Assembly: GCA_044892505.1 (NCBI GenBank)
Contig: CM097884.1
Span: forward strand, 132,370,001-132,434,000
DNA length: 64,000 bases
Direction: 5' to 3'
Source: Schmidtea nova
Taxonomy: Eukaryota
Shown: piece by piece, positions 26,354 through 39,679 of the stretch
Position numbering within the stretch: position 1 is the stretch's first letter
How the letters are laid out: every line of letters starts with the position of its first letter
The notes under the pieces: model-generated
Told to the model about the DNA's origin: nothing
The model's database searches: none
What the model saw: only the letters and a program-made list of their open reading frames with translations
Position numbers and translations under genes: made by a program

Positions 26354-27972
26354 TTATTATTATAATTAATGTTTATTAAATATCAATATTACCATTATTT
26401 TTATTATTTTTACCATTATTATTATTATTATTTTTATTTTTATTATTTTTATTATTATTATTTTTATTATTATTATTATTATCATAATAATTTTTATAAT
26501 TAATAATATTATTATCATTATTATTATTTTTATTAATATTATAATAATTATTTTTATTATCATTATTATTATTTTTATTTTTATCATTGTTATTATTTTT
26601 ATATTAATATTAATAACAATTACATTAGTATTATTATTAATATTGATATTTTTGTAATAAAATNNNNNNNNNNNNNNNNNNNNNNNNNNNNNNNNNNNNN
26701 NNNNNNNNNNNNNNNNNNNNNNNNNNNNNNNNNNNNNNNNNNNNNNNNNNNNNNNNNNNNNNNNNNNNNNNNNNNNNNNNNNNNNNNNNNNNNNNNNNNN
26801 NNNNNNNNNNNNNNNNNNNNNNNNNNNNNNNNNNNNNNNNNNNNNNNNNNNNNNNNNNNNNNNNNNNNNNNNNNNNNNNNNNNNNNNNNNNNNNNNNNNN
26901 NNNNNNNNNNNNNNNNNNNNNNNNNNNNNNNNNNNNNNNNNNNNNNNNNNNNNNNNNNNNNNNNNNNNNNNNNNNNNNNNNNNNNNNNNNNNNNNNNNNN
27001 NNNNNNNNNNNNNNNNNNNNNNNNNNNNNNNNNNNNNNNNNNNNNNNNNNNNNNNNNNNNNNNNNNNNNNNNNNNNNNNNNNNNNNNNNNNNNNNNNNNN
27101 NNNNNNNNNNNNNNNNNNNNNNNNNNNNNNNNNNNNNNNNNNNNNNNNNNNNNNNNNNNNNNNNNNNNNNNNNNNNNNNNNNNNNNNNNNNNNNNNNNNN
27201 NNNNNNNNNNNNNNNNNNNNNNNNNNNNNNNNNNNNNNNNNNNNNNNNNNNNNNNNNNNNNNNNNNNNNNNNNNNNNNNNNNNNNNNNNNNNNNNNNNNN
27301 NNNNNNNNNNNNNNNNNNNNNNNNNNNNNNNNNNNNNNNNNNNNNNNNNNNNNNNNNNNNNNNNNNNNNNNNNNNNNNNNNNNNNNNNNNNNNNNNNNNN
27401 NNNNNNNNNNNNNNNNNNNNNNNNNNNNNNNNNNNNNNNNNNNNNNNNNNNNNNNNNNNNNNNNNNNNNNNNNNNNNNNNNNNNNNAATATTTTTATAAA
27501 GTTCATTGAACTAAAATTAAATTATATATCGAAAGTTATCAATTTAAAATATGCGGAACAGCTATTCGAAATGTTAGTCACTTAATTAAAACAAAAAAAA
27601 TGTCATTCAATAATAAAAATATTATCACATTTTACTTGGTACAGGTAATAATAATGGTATGTGTGTGTTTTTACCTTAGCAACATCCTCTCGGGGGACTA
27701 TATATTGATATGTGTGGTTATCCGGGCATCATCTTCATGGATACAATACTTTCATGTGTGTGTTTTTACCCTAGCAACAGGTTTTTCGGGGACTATTTAT
27801 TGATGTGTGTTTATCCTGGCAACAGGCTCCTCAGGGAATATATATTGATGTGTGTGCACGTTCACCTTGGCAACACATGCATTGAGGAATATAATGATGT
27901 GTGTATTTACTCTAGCAACCGTTGCTAGTTGAAAAAACTGTGCTCGAGTCCTCACTATCCCCTACTCTAGAT

Positions 27973-28765
27973 GCAGTTCTGAATTCCTAGAACAGATTGT
28001 TATGGATGTGGCCTACATGGAGAAAAATACCATTAAAAATATATGTTAGTAATGGTGGACCGGTTTAGTAAATGGATATCTTTGACCGCGATCACGAAGC
28101 AAGACGAAAGGACAATTTTCAAAACGATACTCAACAGTTGGATCTATCGATTTTGTAAACCAAAGAGCATTTTAACAGATAGAAAACGCAATTTCGAAGG
28201 GAATTTTCTAAGACAGAGACTACAGAAACTTGGAATCAAACAGGAATTCAGCTCACCTTACCAGAACTAATCAAATGGATTAGCCGAACGAGCCATACGA
28301 ACGGTAAGAGATCTTAATCCAACGACATTAACAGGTGGGTGTGAAGAGAGAAACTGGCATGAACTTCTGCCTAGAATAGAGATCAGTATAAATTGAAGTC
28401 GACAGAGTGCTACAGGTCTATTACCATTTGAGATAATTTATGGACGGAGTGTTAACCTCCATTCAAACCTGAAACAAGCAGATATATAAAGAAGCGAATG
28501 GATAGAAGACGCAAGATATAACTCGAGTAAAACCGCAGACACTATGAGAGCTATGGATAAGGAAAAGAGAGGCACTTGTGTATTTGAGGTGGGGGAGGAG
28601 GTACTTGTACGCAAAGAACCGCAGAATAGGCACAAAGATGGCATGCAGTACGATGGCCCATATAAAATCATCAGATTTCTATTACCTCATCGAGTTGAAC
28701 TACATTCGCAAGAAGGAACGAAAGAAAACAGAATTGAGTGGCTGAAGAAGTGGAAAAGTTCTTAA
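27973..28765 (+). pseudogene. pol: Gypsy integrase core and C-terminus
   Basis: IVMDVA, VDRFSKW, ILTDR, NGLAERAIRT and YDGPYKI motifs; internal stops. Confidence 0.88.
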
Positions 28766-28774
28766 GAAGGGGAG

Positions 28775-28895
28775 AGTTAGATATTTAAATTAACTGGTGT
28801 TTAAATAATTGATTATTTGGCACTTCTTATAAAAATTTTAATTAAATAAATCTATGAAGGAATTGCAGTCTCTTAAAACTGAGTTTGATATAACT
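28775..28895 (+). repeat. 3' LTR (121 bp, AGTTA...TAACT)
   Basis: Follows the PPT; direct repeat of 14786-14906; followed by TSD AGGTT. Confidence 0.85.
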
Positions 28896-29407
28896 AGGTT
28901 TATTAAAATATAATAAAATAAACACAATATTTATATTATATTATTAAATATTAATTTTTTAATACAAAATTTAAATAAAAAGATAATATATTATCATTTA
29001 TTAAAATTATATAAAATTATTACAAGGTATTTTAAATTTAAAATATTATATTTAATTTAAAATAATTTTATTAAATTGGAATATTTTTTAAAAATTCATT
29101 TAAAATAATATACGGTTTTTCAAATTTACAACGTTAATAATTTATTCAACATAATTTTAATTAATATATAAAAATTTTAATATTTAAAATATAAATTTTT
29201 TAAAAACAAATGGAAATTTTAAAATTATATAATAATAAATATTATTTTTTAATATAATATAATTAAAATAATTACTATATAATTATATTTTAAATATCTT
29301 AAATTAAAATCTCTTAATTAAAATAATCTATATTTTAACTGCCTTACACACTTGAATTTAATTTATTTTATTTTAAAAGTTCGTTTAAATAATAATATAA
29401 AATTAAT

Positions 29408-30928
29408 ATGCCGAAATTTATTAGAAAGAATAAAAAAGACTATGATTATATTAAACCAAAATTCAATAATTCTCGGAACAAGCACAATGGTGCACAAGTG
29501 AATGTGAAAGGATTTACCAATATCAATGATAATACACCTTTGTTTAAATGGTTAAAAGTAACATATTTAACGAAATCTGCAAGTTGCCTCAATGATATTG
29601 TGAATAAAATTGAAGATTTGAATGCCAGAAACAATGGCAGGAAAACAAAATTTACACCATGCAACGTGATATTTGATAAGGGAATTCTCACATTTTATAT
29701 CAAAATGAAGACATCGGAAATAGACTATGTGATTAGTAATTTATACACAATAGAGAATTATCGGTTAAAGTGTTATAAAAACGAAGCCATTTTTGTTCCA
29801 CGCGAACTTCATGCCCCGTAGATAGAAATTATAAAACAGGCATTAAAAGAACGTTGTCTAACAAATCCTCAAAATAATGAATCGGAATTAAATTTATCTA
29901 ATTTTTACGAAGATAAAATTGTCACTGGAAATAATTTATTTCTTCAGCTTTCATCGCCAAGAGTTTTGGAATGGATTTTGAATATTGTGAAGAAAGAAGT
30001 GAAAGAAATAACTTGCCTCAATCTCAGCAATAACAACCTCACGAGCATTTACAAATTGAAGGCATTTGTTCATTCCGTAAACATTACAAAACTCGACATC
30101 AGTAACAACAGAATGAGCAATTTGAATGAATTAAATTGCTTGCAAAACAGCCTAATAAAGGAATTGAACATTTCGGGAAACCAATTCAGAAAAGTCAGTC
30201 CTCAAGAATTGAGAAAAGAGCTCCAGAAAAGGTTGCCAGAACTGAAATGTTTGAATGGAACACGATTAAGTGACACTGTCGTGATTGCTGGAGACACGTT
30301 AGGGGCATCAGAATCCCTACCACTAATATTATATGAGAAAAAGGATAATGATTATCACAAATTTGTACTGAACTATTTCACTAAATTTGATTCTAAAACC
30401 CGAGATGGATTGTCCGAATATTATAACTCGGATTCATTGTTAACTATTGTCACTTTTGTGGATTCCTTAACCTATTATAACATTGATAGTTGTAATTTGC
30501 ATTTGAACAAATGCGAATTGATAAAGCAAGGTAAAGCACAAATTTTAGGAACCTTTACCAATTTTAACGCAACCAGACATTTGGAAGAAACATTTAATGT
30601 TGACATTATCATATCAACTGAATCATTTATTATGCTAGTTATAACAGGAGCATTTATCGAACTGCCTGCTAGTCAGACTGGTTCGTTTAGAGTTCGTGAG
30701 TTTAGCCGAACGATGACAATCATTCCTGGTGGAATTATTATCCAAGAATTCTTTCAATTAATGTCACATGATTCAAGTCTTTATCAAAGGTTCAAATCTA
30801 GTATTCAAAATATTAAAGAACAAATGGAAATTGAGAAATCTCACAAAGATTTTGAAAAATTATTTCATCAGAATATTAATATAGTGGAACAATTCCAAAA
30901 GATTAATCTAAAGAATATCCAAATTTGA
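29408..30928 (+). pseudogene. NXF1: NXF1/TAP-family nuclear RNA export factor paralog A (nonsense codon, no TAP-C domain)
   Basis: ORFs 29408-29821 and 29966-30928 are in the same frame, separated by TAG at 29819-29821 where paralog B has TGG (W). RRM, LRR and NTF2-like regions are collinear with paralog B; the protein ends before the UBA/TAP-C domain. Confidence 0.82.
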
Positions 30929-31694
30929 ATTATTTCATCACACTCTAATTCAACTGCGAAGAATTAAGAAAATTTCAATAGAAGCATTTAAAGATTGTTT
31001 GGCTGGTAGAAGTGAAGTTAAATTTTTGTTTTGATGCGTCGTAAATAAATACAAACAGAAGGATGAGAATTTAAAACTCACGATAACACATTCGAGCATT
31101 AAGCAGGAAAATAGCACAAAAGTATATAGAATATTAAAGCACAAATACAAGACATGCGAACCGCATTTCATAAGTTGGTCAAGTTATGGATAAAACGATA
31201 AAAAGAGGCTTTTCAAAAGAGAACACACAATTTGAATGCAAGTCAAATTTATATACGAAAAACCGCACTATAATTGAATGGCGAAGATAATTGCTAGTAT
31301 ATTAAATACAAAAATCATGATCGAAAATAAATTTGATATCAAAATAAAGAGAATAATTTATAAAAATTATAGAAGAAATGTCCATTAAAATATCGCTAAA
31401 ATAACAGAGATAGGGACAAAATAGGAAAAAACTTGATTTTTTAATTAATTAACACGCGTAAAATGACGCCATATTTGACACACACATAATTTAGTAGAAT
31501 TAAAAATAAATATTAAGAAAATAAATTATAACTAAATTTACCTAATAAACAAATAAAATTACAAATATTTCTATTTAACGAACAGAATGCGTAGGCATAA
31601 CACAAAAATAGTAAATATAGACGCTGAAAATCATATTTTAACTTTTACTTTTGTTGACAGACGTTTGTTAATTTTGATATTCACTCTATCAGCC

Positions 31695-34096
31695 CAGTGG
31701 CGTACCTAAGGGGGTGGTGGGTGCGGTCCGCACCTGGCGACATTTTTTATATTTATTAAACCTTAAATTATACACTTTAGATTGTAGAACTATTAATTCT
31801 ATTATTTAAATATAAAAATATAATATAAATTGCTTAATCTTTATTACGTTCATATTAATTGCTATTTATTAATTGTATTTTACTTGTGAATTAATATATA
31901 AAATATATATAAAACCTATCGTTATTAGTATTAGAGCATTAATAACAGGGCCTATGACAGTTTTCCAAGTATTTTATAGAAAACCTTTCCCGTCTGAATC
32001 ATAGAAAACTGTATTCAATTAGTTGTTTTGTATGTGATATTACCTAGGATTTGATTAGTTTCTAAATATGTTAACATATTTATTCTCTATCAAATGTACT
32101 ATTAAAGTGAACTGTATATAATTTTTTTTAATTTAAAATAATATTACAATTAGTAATATAAATAATCATTAATTATTATATTCAAATTTCTCCATTAATA
32201 AACGTTACAAAAAGCATACATAATTTTGAAAAAGATATATACTATTTAAAATACAAATTATACGTTTTATTTCTGTAATTTATTTTTTTAACATATCCGT
32301 AGGATAAAACGAATAAAAGAAAGCAAGGCCCAGATATTTCTCACAAAGATCAAACTAGTCAAATTATTAAATATGTAGTTATTGAAGACAGCGAAGTTAA
32401 AGTTGTAGAATCGTTTTTTTGACTTTGTAGAAACTAAAAGAAAACCTACTGAGAAAATCACAAATATGATTTTAACGAAATTAGAAAATGACGGTTTAGA
32501 TATAAAAGATTGCAGAGGGCAGGCTTACGATAATGCTGCCATGACGGCAGGAAAACACTGCGGTGTTCAAGCTCGTATTAGAGAAATAAATCCAAATATC
32601 ATGTACAAATAATTCTTTAAACTTGGCATGTTTACACGCATTCCATAACATTTTTTGGAACTATGGAACAGTTGTTTTCGTTTCTTTCTTCTTCCACATA
32701 TAGCTGGGATGTTTTATTTTTTGTCACTGGTCAAGGTGTTAAACACAGTGTAGAAACTCACTGGAGTGCTAGAGCAGAAGCAGTAACTATAGTAAAAAAC
32801 ATTATTTTGGAAAAATTAATATCTGAAGAAGAAAATAGTAAGGCGAGATCAGATGCTGGAATATTACTAAATTCAATGCAATATTTTTCTTTTCTATGTT
32901 TTCTCTATTTATGGGAACCCGTCCTTTTAGAAATTATTGACGCGCAAAAAAATACTTGCAAATAAAAGGGTCAAATGTCCATCAATGCCATATAAAACTA
33001 AATTCTTTGCAAATCCGTTTCATGGAACAAAGAGATGCGCTAATACAAAATGCTATTAAAGCAGCCAAAACGATTTGTGAAGAGTTAGAGATATCGACTG
33101 AGCGTCGATTTAGAAAGAAAAAAATATGAGTGGGGAAAATTCGCAAGGCTATCCTTAGAACAAGAAGTACGAAGAGAAATCTTTTTATCTATGGATAGAA
33201 TTATAAAGTAAATAAAACAACGCTTTGATCAGTTGCATGTTCTTGCAAGAAAATATTCGTGTATAATACCATGCAACCTACTAAATGAATAATTTGAATG
33301 TCAAATAAATGATTTTATTGACATTGATAAAGAATAGTTTTATATTGAAAGAAAAAGGATCCAGGTTTTTATGGCTGTACCAGAACTGAAAGAACCGGTA
33401 AAACTTTGGAAAAATGGGGAGAGAGACCCTCTTGATCTACTAAAGTTTATTCAATATTATAGATTGGAGATTTCTGTACCCAACATTGTAATTTTGTTAA
33501 GAAATCTTTTAACAATTGCCATCAGAGTCGCTAGTTGCGAAAGGAGCTTCTCAAAATTGAAGTTGATTAAAAATTACCTTCGTTACACAATGAGTGACTA
33601 CAAAATCTTCCAATATTGTCTATAGAATAAGAAATTACAAATATTATAAATTTTTAGAGCATTATACACGATTTTTCTACTGAGAAAGTTAGAAGAGTAA
33701 AATTCTATATATGTTTACGTACAAATATGTGTACAATTTGATTGTTTATCCAAAAGAAATTGAAATTCATTTATTTTATAAATATAAAATAAAAAATATT
33801 TAATGCAATAATTTTGTAAATTAGGTAAATGTTTTGTCTCATAAGTGGCCTCTGTAAGTTTCTTGTGGCCTTTAAAAAAGTAGTTTGTTTTTTATAAAAA
33901 ATGCATATGTAGGTATATCTACTTATGCGGTCCATTATTATTGCCTAATTTAAATGTGGCATCCAGTGATAACAAAAGTTCCCCACCTGTTGTTTGTTTA
34001 TGTTTATTAATTTATACAAACCACCATTTGATTGACTTAGAAATGGCGGCAAATTTCGGACCACCCCGGGCGGCAAAAGTTCTAGGTACGCCACTG
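31695..34096 (+). mobile_element. Degenerate hAT transposon (2.4 kb)
   Basis: TIR CAGTGGCGTACCTA; 8-bp TSD TATCAGCC/TATCAGTC; transposase remnants CRGQAYDNAA, THWSARAEAV and VASCERSFSKLKLIKNYLR at ~32310-33630. Confidence 0.9.
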
Positions 34097-35887
34097 TATC
34101 AGTCAGCATCAACATTATTCATTTTATCCATTCTTGTGGAAGAGTTTGTGGACAGGAACCAGTAGGCACTTTTTATGTTCTATGTTTGATATATTCTAAT
34201 ATTGTAACTATTAAGTTTGTAATTAAAAATAAATATTTGAAGCAATAATTATTGTTTTTTATATTAATTGTCGATAATGCTATCTCAAATTGATTTTTGG
34301 GTTACAGTAATTCCTAAAAACAATAATTTTTAACAGCCCATAGACCAACATGAAATTTGGGGATTCATATGGGATTTAAATTGTTTCCGTTCGAAAGTTC
34401 GACGAGAGAGAAAACAAGCTTAACAAATTAAATCGAGGAAAATCAAGGCACTTTAAACATTTTCAACAGTAACGAAAAGAAAATATTGAACAAGATGAAC
34501 GAAATCAAAAGCGAAATTATGTACAAATGAACAATCACAAGAACAGAATAAAGTCAATAGAAACATATAAAGAAGTAACTGGACAAAGATGAAACAAAGT
34601 AAAAAGAAGAGATAGCGACGATAAAATTGACCATAGTAAACTTCAAGATAGCCAAATAAAGACTGGCTGGCAGCAAAGTTAATAAAGTTAATAAAATGAA
34701 AAATGAAAAAGAACCCAATCATTAGAACAGAGCAAATAATTTTTCAAATTTATTTTTGTGTGTGTTATGTTAGCAAAAGTAAAAATGAATTTTTGAGCTA
34801 CCACAAAGGTAGTATGATATAATAATTGGGAAATTACCAATCACCCTTGATAACGGGTAGTCCAGAAGTAAGGGAAATCCCATAAAAAATATAAAAAATG
34901 CACACTATGGATAGGTAATAAAGATACACTGTGAAAAGTTAAACTATAACACCAAGAGATAAAAAGATCGGTAAGCTTACAAGAAAACAAAATTAAGGGT
35001 TTAAAATACTATAAAAATTAGGACAATAATAGAAACGGTACCGTCAGAGTACCGTCAAGCTTTAAAAGTAAGAATTGAATAACAATGAAGTAACTACAAA
35101 AAACTATAGCACAAGAATCGGGAATAAGCAAAATCAGGATAAAACAATGCCGGGAAAAGGTACAAATCATAGTATATACAAATATCAAAAGAGCACAAAT
35201 CATAGAAAAAACATAAATCTTATTAAAAGCACAAATCAATGTAAAAATCAATAATAAAAGCACAAAAACAAAGTGCTAAATCTCTTTTTAATTTTTAATT
35301 AATCAATAATTTTATCTTAGGAGATGTTTTCATAATTATTTGTCCATTTTCCTGCATTCTAAAATTACTTTTTGATGAATCTTTAGTAGCTTTTGCCAAT
35401 TGTTCTCAACACTTTTACGATCACGGCACCTTAATATTAATTATAAAAAATTCAAGGCACCCTTTAATTTTTTTAATTTTAATTATTTTTAAATGCAGAA
35501 AATTGTTTTTTTAACTTTTTCATTATAAAATATGAACAGGTGTTAGAAAAGGTTAATTAAAATATTATAAAATAAACGTAATTATATTACATTTATAATA
35601 CTAAATTTTATTACAAAATTTAAATAAAATGATAATATATTATAATTTTTTAAATTTATTAAAATTAAATAAAAATATTACAAGGTATTTTAAATTTAAA
35701 ATATTATATTTAATTTTAAATAATTTTATTAAATTGAAATATTTTTTTAAAAATTCATTAAAAATAATATACGGTTTTTAAGATTTAAAACGTTAAAATA
35801 TAAAATAATTTCTTTAATATTATTTAAATTAGTATATAAAAATTTTTTATATATATTAAATTTTTATCTATTTTATTAAATTTTTAT

Positions 35888-35946
<59 letters not shown>

Positions 35947-36716
35947 TTTGAAAGTTAAAGGTTATTTTATTATTTAGAAATATTTATTATTTAATATTAA
36001 ACCTTATTTGAAAAATTAAAAATTTTAAGTCATTTTTGAAAAATAAATTATGATATTAGAAGTAAGAAGTTATTTGATTTTTTTAAGTTTGAAAGTTTTA
36101 GGATATTTTATTAAACTTTATTATTTTGTAAAATTAAATTATATTTTTAGTTTTAGTAAAATTTTTCTACTATTGAATAATTTTGTTTTCTCTTAATGTA
36201 TTGTATATATATTAAAATAAAATTGTATATATTATATAGTGTTTTTTTCTTAATTTTTAAATTATATTTTTGTTTATATGTTACTTTTATTTAGATTACT
36301 GAGATACATCTTGAATAGATTTATTTTTAAATATTTATACAACATTTTTGTTTAGTTGTTATTTTATTCAGTTATGATTTTAAATAAACTTTCTGAAGAT
36401 TCTTGGTGCCACGTTACCACTATTTTCAAAAATATTTGATCAAAATTCCAAATTTTACCTAATAAACGCATTCAAATGTCTATGGAATACTTGTTGCTTT
36501 CAACAATTTTATTTAAACATGCATTAAAACAATTCCAAAACTTCCGTATTATTACACAAAAAGTACTTCAAAAAAAATATTTAATTTAATATTTAATTTT
36601 TAAATAAAATAATTAAATTTCTATATTTTTAATAATTTAAAATTAATTTTGTTTTAAATATTTGTTTAAATGTTTGTTTAAATAATTTCTATTATATTTT
36701 ATTTTTTTAATTCGAT

Positions 36717-38417
36717 ATGTCTAAATTTTGCAAAAGTATATTATTTTAAAAATATTTCTTTAATTGACTTTTTAAATAATTTTCAGAAAATGACTACAAT
36801 TATATTAAACCAAAATTCCACAATACCTACAAAAAGAACAGTGGCGTTTACGTAAATGTCAAAGGAGTTAACAATTTTGTAGATTCTACACCATCACTTA
36901 AATGGCTTAAAGTGACCTGTTTAACACATTCTCCGAGTTGCTGTGACGATATTGTGACTTTAATTGAATATCTTTGTACGCGAAACACTGGTAGAAGATC
37001 TCAATTTAAAGCCTGCAATGTTTTATTTGAGAAAGGGATGCTTGAGTTTTATATCAAAATGAAGAAATCGGACGTCGAATACGTGATTAGTAATTCATGT
37101 AAAATCGAACATTACCGCTTGAAATGCTATAAAAATGAAGATGTTCACGTTCCACGTGAATTACCAGCGAGTTGGATAGAAGTTCTAAAACAAGCTTTAA
37201 AAGTACGTTACAGCATAAATCCCCAAAACAATGAAGCTGAATTGAATCTCTCCTATTTCTATGAAGATAAAATCGTTTTGGAAAACAATTTAGTGCTTCA
37301 ATTCTCATCTACGCGAGTCTTTGAAAGTGTTTTAAACATCCTTAAGCAAGAATTGAGTGAATTAACGAATCTAAATCTGAGTAACAACAATATCAAAAGT
37401 ATGTATAAACTGAATTCGTTTGTAAGCTCTGTAAAAATCACTAAACTCGACATTAGTAACAATAGAATGAGTAATTTAAATGAATTAAACAGTTTACAAA
37501 CGAGTTCAATTATTGAATTGAACATTTCCGGCAATCAGTTCCGTAAATCGAGCATTCAAGATTTGAAAAGAGATGTGAGAAAAATCTTGCCTCAATTGAA
37601 ATGCTTAAACGGGATGAAACTGGAAGAAACTGTTGCAATTGCCGGAGATGCATTGAAATCATCGAAAACTTTACCTGCGGTAATAGCAAACAGCCAAAAA
37701 GATAGTCCACCTTTCAATTTCGTGTGGAATTATTTCACTAAATTCGACGGAAAAACCCGCGATGAATTGTGTGAGTTTTATAACTCAGATTCCATTCTCA
37801 CGGTGGCAACCTTTGGGGATTCTTTACCTTATTACAAATCGAACAGTTGCAATTTCTTTTATTATAAAGACGCTTTAAAACGACCGGAAAATATCAAACG
37901 AGGAAAAGCGCAAATTTTAGGAACATTTGTCAATTTCCCAGCTACAAAACATTTAGAAGAGACTCTTAGTGTTGACATCGTCTGTTCCACGGAATCGTTT
38001 CTCATGTTGATTGTGTCGGGAGCCTTTGTTGAGTTGCCTAGCAATAGTAGCAGTAAAACCGGCAGTTCTTATCGAGTTAGGGAGTTCAGTAGGTCAATGA
38101 CAATTCTTTCAGGGGGAATCATCATTCAGGAATTCATCCAATTGATGCCGAATGATTCCAGCCTTTATCAGAGGTTTAAGTCCAATGTCGAGTTGATAAA
38201 AGAACAAATGGAATTTGGGAAATCTCACAAAGATCTGGAAAATTTATCGAGCCACGAAATCGAGATTGTGAGACAATTTAAAACATTTAGCGGGATGAAT
38301 GTGCCGATTTGTTTGAGGTTTCTTAAAATGTTTAGTGATTTGCAATCTGCTTCCGAAGAGTTTAAAAAGCTTCAAGCTAATGGAGGAATCCCCCTTGAAG
38401 CTTTTAGAGATGAATAA
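36717..38417 (+). CDS. NXF1: NXF1/TAP-family nuclear RNA export factor paralog B (predicted 549 aa; exons 36717-36735 and 36787-38417)
   Basis: RRM-like, LRR (LNLSNNNI, LDISNNRM, LNISGNQF), NTF2-like (FVWNYFTKFD..RDEL..FY) and TAP-C (RQFKTFSGMN...GGIPLEAF). A 51-nt GT..TTTCAG intron (36736-36786) gives the N-terminus MSKFCKKNDYNYIKPK, matching paralog A's MPKFIRKNKKDYDYIKPK. Confidence 0.88.
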
Positions 38418-39625
38418 TGATAATTATGGTGATTACGGTTTGAGTATGAAATACATTCATAAGTTTTGTTGTACATTTTTGGCTTATTTTTATTTTCATA
38501 TATTAATATTTATGCTTAGGACATTGAAAACCACTCGTCAGATTAGGTAAGTCATATTTAGTAATATGAATGCGGGTATTCGGCAACTGAATGTGTAATG
38601 AGTTATATAACGGATGATTTGCACATGTTTAATGTTTAATTGTCAGAAAGTTTATAAGTTAGCAAAATGTTTCACTATTTAGAAACCCATCACAAAGAAA
38701 GTTAACAAAAACAAAGTGCTAAATCTCCTTTTAATTTTTAATTAATCAATAACTTTATCTTTGGAGATATTTTCATAATTATTTGTCCATTTTCATGCAT
38801 TTTCATGCATTCTCAAATTACTTTTTGATGGATTTTAGCACCTTTTGCTAATTGTTCTGAACCCTTTTACAATCATTGCACCCTAATATTAATTATCAAA
38901 AATTCGAGGAACCTTTTAATTTTTTTCATTTCAATTATTTTTAAATTCAGTCAATAACAGAAAATTGTTTTTTAGAAACTATTAGAGATATTTTATGAAA
39001 TTTTTAAAATTAATATAAATTTATCTTTATTGAATATATAATAAATAGAAAAAGATTTAATTTTCAGATATAAAAATAATTTAAAAACTGTGATAAAATT
39101 AAATAATAAAATTATAAAGTAACAATATTGTAAAGTTCATATTAAAAATGATTGAAAATTACACAATATAAAATATTTATTGAATGTTTCTGTATGAATA
39201 TTCCCTATTCAATTGTTAACTCGTGCTTGCTAAAAGATGCTCAAAACATATCAATCAATTAATGATAATAAATTGATAATAACGTCAATCATTAAAAATG
39301 GTAATCAATAAAAAGCTTGTTGTTCATTATTCTTTTAATAACATAAATAAATAATAATGTAAATTAATAATATATACAATAACTAATAATATTAATAAAT
39401 AATTTCTTAAAAAAGTATTGTACTTTTTCAATATTTTATTAATTAAGAAAATATAGACAACAAAAGGTTACCACCTAAGGGTTGTGCGTGCGCTGGACCA
39501 AGAACAAAGAACTCTGCAGTGGGATAACAAATTTTGTCACTAAATTATTATTAATATTACTATGATAATTCCAGTTAATTCGTGTTTAAGACAATCGAAT
39601 ATTTAATTTCAAAAGCGATATGATG

Positions 39626-39679
<54 letters not shown>

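Larger units (their letters stand above)
24060..26663. repeat. (ATT)n/(AAT)n-derived low-complexity tracts flanking the Merlin element; similar tracts at 22176-22260 and 39628-39712, (AT)n at 35890-35938
   Basis: Direct reading; these tracts produce the poly-I/L/Y ORFs in the ORF track. Confidence 0.9.
19852..27966. mobile_element. Non-autonomous Maverick/Polinton-like element (8.1 kb)
   Basis: TIRs of at least 480 bp (19852-20334 and 27487-27966, both running into N gaps) starting AGTAGGGG; 6-bp TSD CTAGAT (19846-19851, 27967-27972). Excision restores Gypsy integrase IPR|CSSEFLEQIVMDV. No Maverick core genes visible. Confidence 0.8.
14786..28895 (+). mobile_element. Ty3/Gypsy LTR retrotransposon, disrupted by nested insertions
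   Basis: 121-bp LTRs at 14786-14906 and 28775-28895; 5-bp TSD AGGTT (14781-14785, 28896-28900); PPT AAGAAGGGGAG at 28764-28774; gag, PR, RT, RH and IN in Gypsy order. Confidence 0.9.

Noticed and set aside
26077-26587. Poly-I/L/Y ORFs (also 22075-22444 and 39609-40209)
   Set aside because: Translations of (AAT)n/(ATT)n microsatellite tracts, not genes.
29408-30928. NXF paralog A as a processed retrocopy (it lacks B's intron)
   Set aside because: It shares upstream and downstream non-coding blocks with paralog B, indicating DNA-level duplication.
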